A DNA stretch of 64,000 bases from Candidatus Peribacteraceae bacterium (GTDB lineage: Bacteria; Patescibacteriota; Gracilibacteria; Peribacterales; Peribacteraceae). The DNA is taken from positions 151,050 to 215,049 of the forward strand of contig JAGOTD010000001.1 of NCBI GenBank assembly GCA_018061945.1. Reading direction: 5' to 3'. Of the stretch, positions 62,344-64,000 are shown piece by piece. The position numbers and the translations under genes were made by a program. A model generated the notes under the pieces. It searched no databases, had not been told where the DNA came from, and saw only the letters and a list, made by a program, of their open reading frames with translations. Numbering within the stretch: position 1 is the stretch's first letter; every line of letters starts with the position of its first letter.

Positions 62344-63173
62344 TGGGCGGAAGGAGAAGATGTATCGTTTACCTGCGTACTCAACACCGATCGACCTGTA
62401 TCGTTCACCTGTGTCCGAATATCATGCGCAAAAATCGCCAACTGGCTTGAGGCCAGTAGCCAACCGATTGCAACGAGCGACAGGGCGATGCCGAGCTTAT
62501 GGAGCACCGAGGTAACTGCATGGAACAAATGCGAAGCCTGTTTCTCTGAAGGGGAAACAGATGTCTGCACTTTTTTCAGGGCAGCGCAGACATCTAATTC
62601 CGGAACTGATGTAATGGGCAACATGCTGTCAGCAAGTACCGATCGTCTATCGGCTACCTGCATGAATGGCTGCACATTGTCATTCGATTGAGGTGCTGAT
62701 TGCCCTTGCACCAATGCGCGATCGAGTTCTTGTACCGACATCCAGATACCCTGCTCGCGCGCCAGAATTTGTAGCAGCTGCTTTTTTTCGAGGTACGGAT
62801 ACTGGCGATGATAGTGCGTAACCACTTGAACCAAGTGATGCGACACCGACACTTTTTTTATCTGCAGCGAACGATGAGATCTCTCTTCCAAGCTAAATGG
62901 ATTACTTGGATCAAAACGCACTAACCAACGCTGCAACGTCGTGCGTGCAATCGCGAAGTAATGACACGTTTTGCTTATAGATCGACCATGATCGACGAAG
63001 TACACCAGCCACTCCAAGCGTTGCTTTGCCTCCGGAGACAGACGCAGCTCTTCCTGCCTCTTTTGAAGGCTTTGTAACTGCTCGCGCTGGAGAGAAGAAA
63101 ATCGCATTGAGTGTATATATGTGTTGGTATATGCGTGTCGCGCTTCATCGCAACTATCAAATTTTCTAGTCAT
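62340..63173 (-). CDS. Transposase-derived (IS481/IS3-type N-terminal) HTH protein lacking a catalytic domain, with a C-terminal TM helix; translationally coupled to the giant gene
   Basis: 'LSPEAKQRLEWLVYFVDHGRSISKTCHYFAIARTTLQRWLVRFDPSNPFSLEERSHRS...YPYLEKKQLLQILAREQGIWMSVQELDRAL' matches the double-HTH N-terminal region of rve-type transposases. No DDE/rve region follows. Instead there is a linker and the TM helix 'IALSLVAIGWLLASSQLAIFA'. The start is uncertain; an alternative ATG at 63107 gives 'MRFSSLQ..'. Confidence 0.65.
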   Translation of the reverse strand: MTRKFDSCDEARHAYTNTYIHSMRFSSLQREQLQSLQKRQEELRLSPEAKQRLEWLVYFVDHGRSISKTCHYFAIARTTLQRWLVRFDPSNPFSLEERSHRSLQIKKVSVSHHLVQVVTHYHRQYPYLEKKQLLQILAREQGIWMSVQELDRALVQGQSAPQSNDNVQPFMQVADRRSVLADSMLPITSVPELDVCAALKKVQTSVSPSEKQASHLFHAVTSVLHKLGIALSLVAIGWLLASSQLAIFAHDIRTQVNDTGRSVLSTQVNDTSSPSAQ

Positions 63174-63456
63174 TATAGCAGAAAAACACTTTTCTTACAA
63201 TAGTCACATACTGGAGTTTTCCGCATATCTGTAAGCAGGCAAACGCTGTGTAGTCGCAACGAAAAAATTTCGCCCCCTATGACCACCGACCTGCTGTCTT
63301 TGATAGATACATGCCGCATGAGCGGGTTGCGCGACAGAAATTAATAAATGGCTTTTACATGCCATATTTGCCTGTAGCGAATCACACATCACACGACAAA
63401 TTCATTCACTTTATATCGATACTATGGTCTGATATGTAATACCGGGCACACAGCGT

Positions 63457-63568
63457 GTCACTCTGAGCGCAGCCGAAGAGTGACTTGGCGATTTGCAAGC
63501 ATTTCCTCGGCGTCATAGTTCGACCCGTCCGACCGCATCCGGGCAGGCTGCGCTCACTATGACACATT
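63457..63568. repeat. Cluster of short palindromes (GTCACTCTGAGCGCAGCC.. type)
   Basis: GTCACTCT/AGAGTGAC (63457-63484) and GTCATAGT/ACTATGAC (63512-63568). GAGCGCAGCC (63465-63474) is complementary to GGCTGCGCTC (63546-63555). Confidence 0.5.
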
Positions 63569-63654
63569 GTTGTATGTTTATGAGATGACTCTAGAACCAA
63601 ATACCTTTCTGCCATTTCTCACATTCCTGCCTTTTTATGATATTCTCTCAGCCT

Positions 63655-64000
63655 ATGCACACACCTTCGTCGATCCAGCCATTTTTACACGTCACGCTCG
63701 ACGACACACATTTTGACTGGCTCGGAAAAAAGTATCAGGGCAAAGTGCGCGATGTCTACGACCAAGGCTCACAAGCCATTCTCATTGCAACCGATCGTCA
63801 ATCAGCTTTCGATATCGCGTGGTGCACAATTCCACTGAAAGGCCAAGTGCTCAATCAGATGAGCACCTGGTGGTTCGAACACATCAAAGACATTGCACCG
63901 ATTCACGTGTTGTCCTCGCCCGATCCAAACGTTACTGTCGTCAAAACGCTCAAGATGCTGAAAGTCGAAATCGTCGTTCGTGGCTACCTAACGGGCTCAA
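63655..64000 (+). CDS. purC: Phosphoribosylaminoimidazole-succinocarboxamide (SAICAR) synthase PurC, 3' end cut by the window edge
   Basis: Open frame from the ATG at 63655 to the window end (not in the ORF track because there is no stop). 'LGKKYQGKVRDVYDQGSQAILIATDRQSAFD...LKGQVLNQMSTWWF...VEIVVRGYLTGS' is the typical long-form PurC N-terminus. Confidence 0.85.
   Translation, partial: MHTPSSIQPFLHVTLDDTHFDWLGKKYQGKVRDVYDQGSQAILIATDRQSAFDIAWCTIPLKGQVLNQMSTWWFEHIKDIAPIHVLSSPDPNVTVVKTLKMLKVEIVVRGYLTGS

Noticed and set aside
63400-63654. Purine or ZTP riboswitch upstream of purC ('TACCGGGCAC', 'GACTTGGCG', 'CCGACCGCATCCGGGC' resemble fragments of those consensus sequences).
   Set aside because: For the purine class no P1 helix can be drawn and P2/P3 lengths do not fit. 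For ZTP the pseudoknot partner (CGCC) for GGCG is absent. The segment is largely built from a palindromic repeat family and lies more than 90 nt from the start codon.

Overview
The window is 64 kb from a bacterium using the standard genetic code (TGA acts as a stop). Most genes lack an obvious Shine-Dalgarno sequence. I could not place the organism. The combination of pilT, SLH-anchored proteins and giant surface proteins fits an uncultivated lineage such as a Peregrinibacteria-like CPR bacterium, but this is speculation.

The left part (1-25.2 kb) is mostly housekeeping or envelope genes:
- a partial multidomain M23 peptidase followed by two paralogous lipoproteins
- a PDZ/S41-like protease, pilT, a small chorismate-mutase-like protein and ligA
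- a 7TM protein plus a fused ATP-grasp::QEGLA(DUF1704) protein
- a SAM methyltransferase, a Nudix hydrolase and tRNA-Leu(GAG)
- a TPR-containing GT-C (TMTC/PMT-like) membrane protein, purB, an LD-carboxypeptidase and ftsH

The intergenic DNA here is full of at least three short palindromic repeat families. One family forms MITE-like composites that run into ORF ends. Two candidate structured leaders or small RNAs have a promoter-like sequence and an intrinsic terminator just upstream of a start codon.

The right part (25.2-63.2 kb) is a cell-surface island:
- a 1950-aa and a 1304-aa beta-helix/FN3 protein with C-terminal SLH domains
- three tandem ~860-aa SLH paralogs showing mosaic gene conversion
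- an inverted duplication of a signal-less, phage-tail-fibre-like two-gene module (126-aa protein plus LamG protein), extended on one side by an 803-aa beta-helix protein
- a 4271-aa giant protein with tail-fibre motifs, five 7-bladed LVIVD-type beta-propellers and an internal Peptidase_G2/IMC-like domain

The giant gene overlaps by 4 nt an upstream gene for a transposase-derived HTH protein that has a C-terminal TM helix and no catalytic domain. A partial purC ends the window.

I saw no rRNA, no CRISPR array, and no integrase, DDE transposase, reverse transcriptase or phage capsid/terminase genes. All functional calls come from motif recognition by eye. No database search was run.
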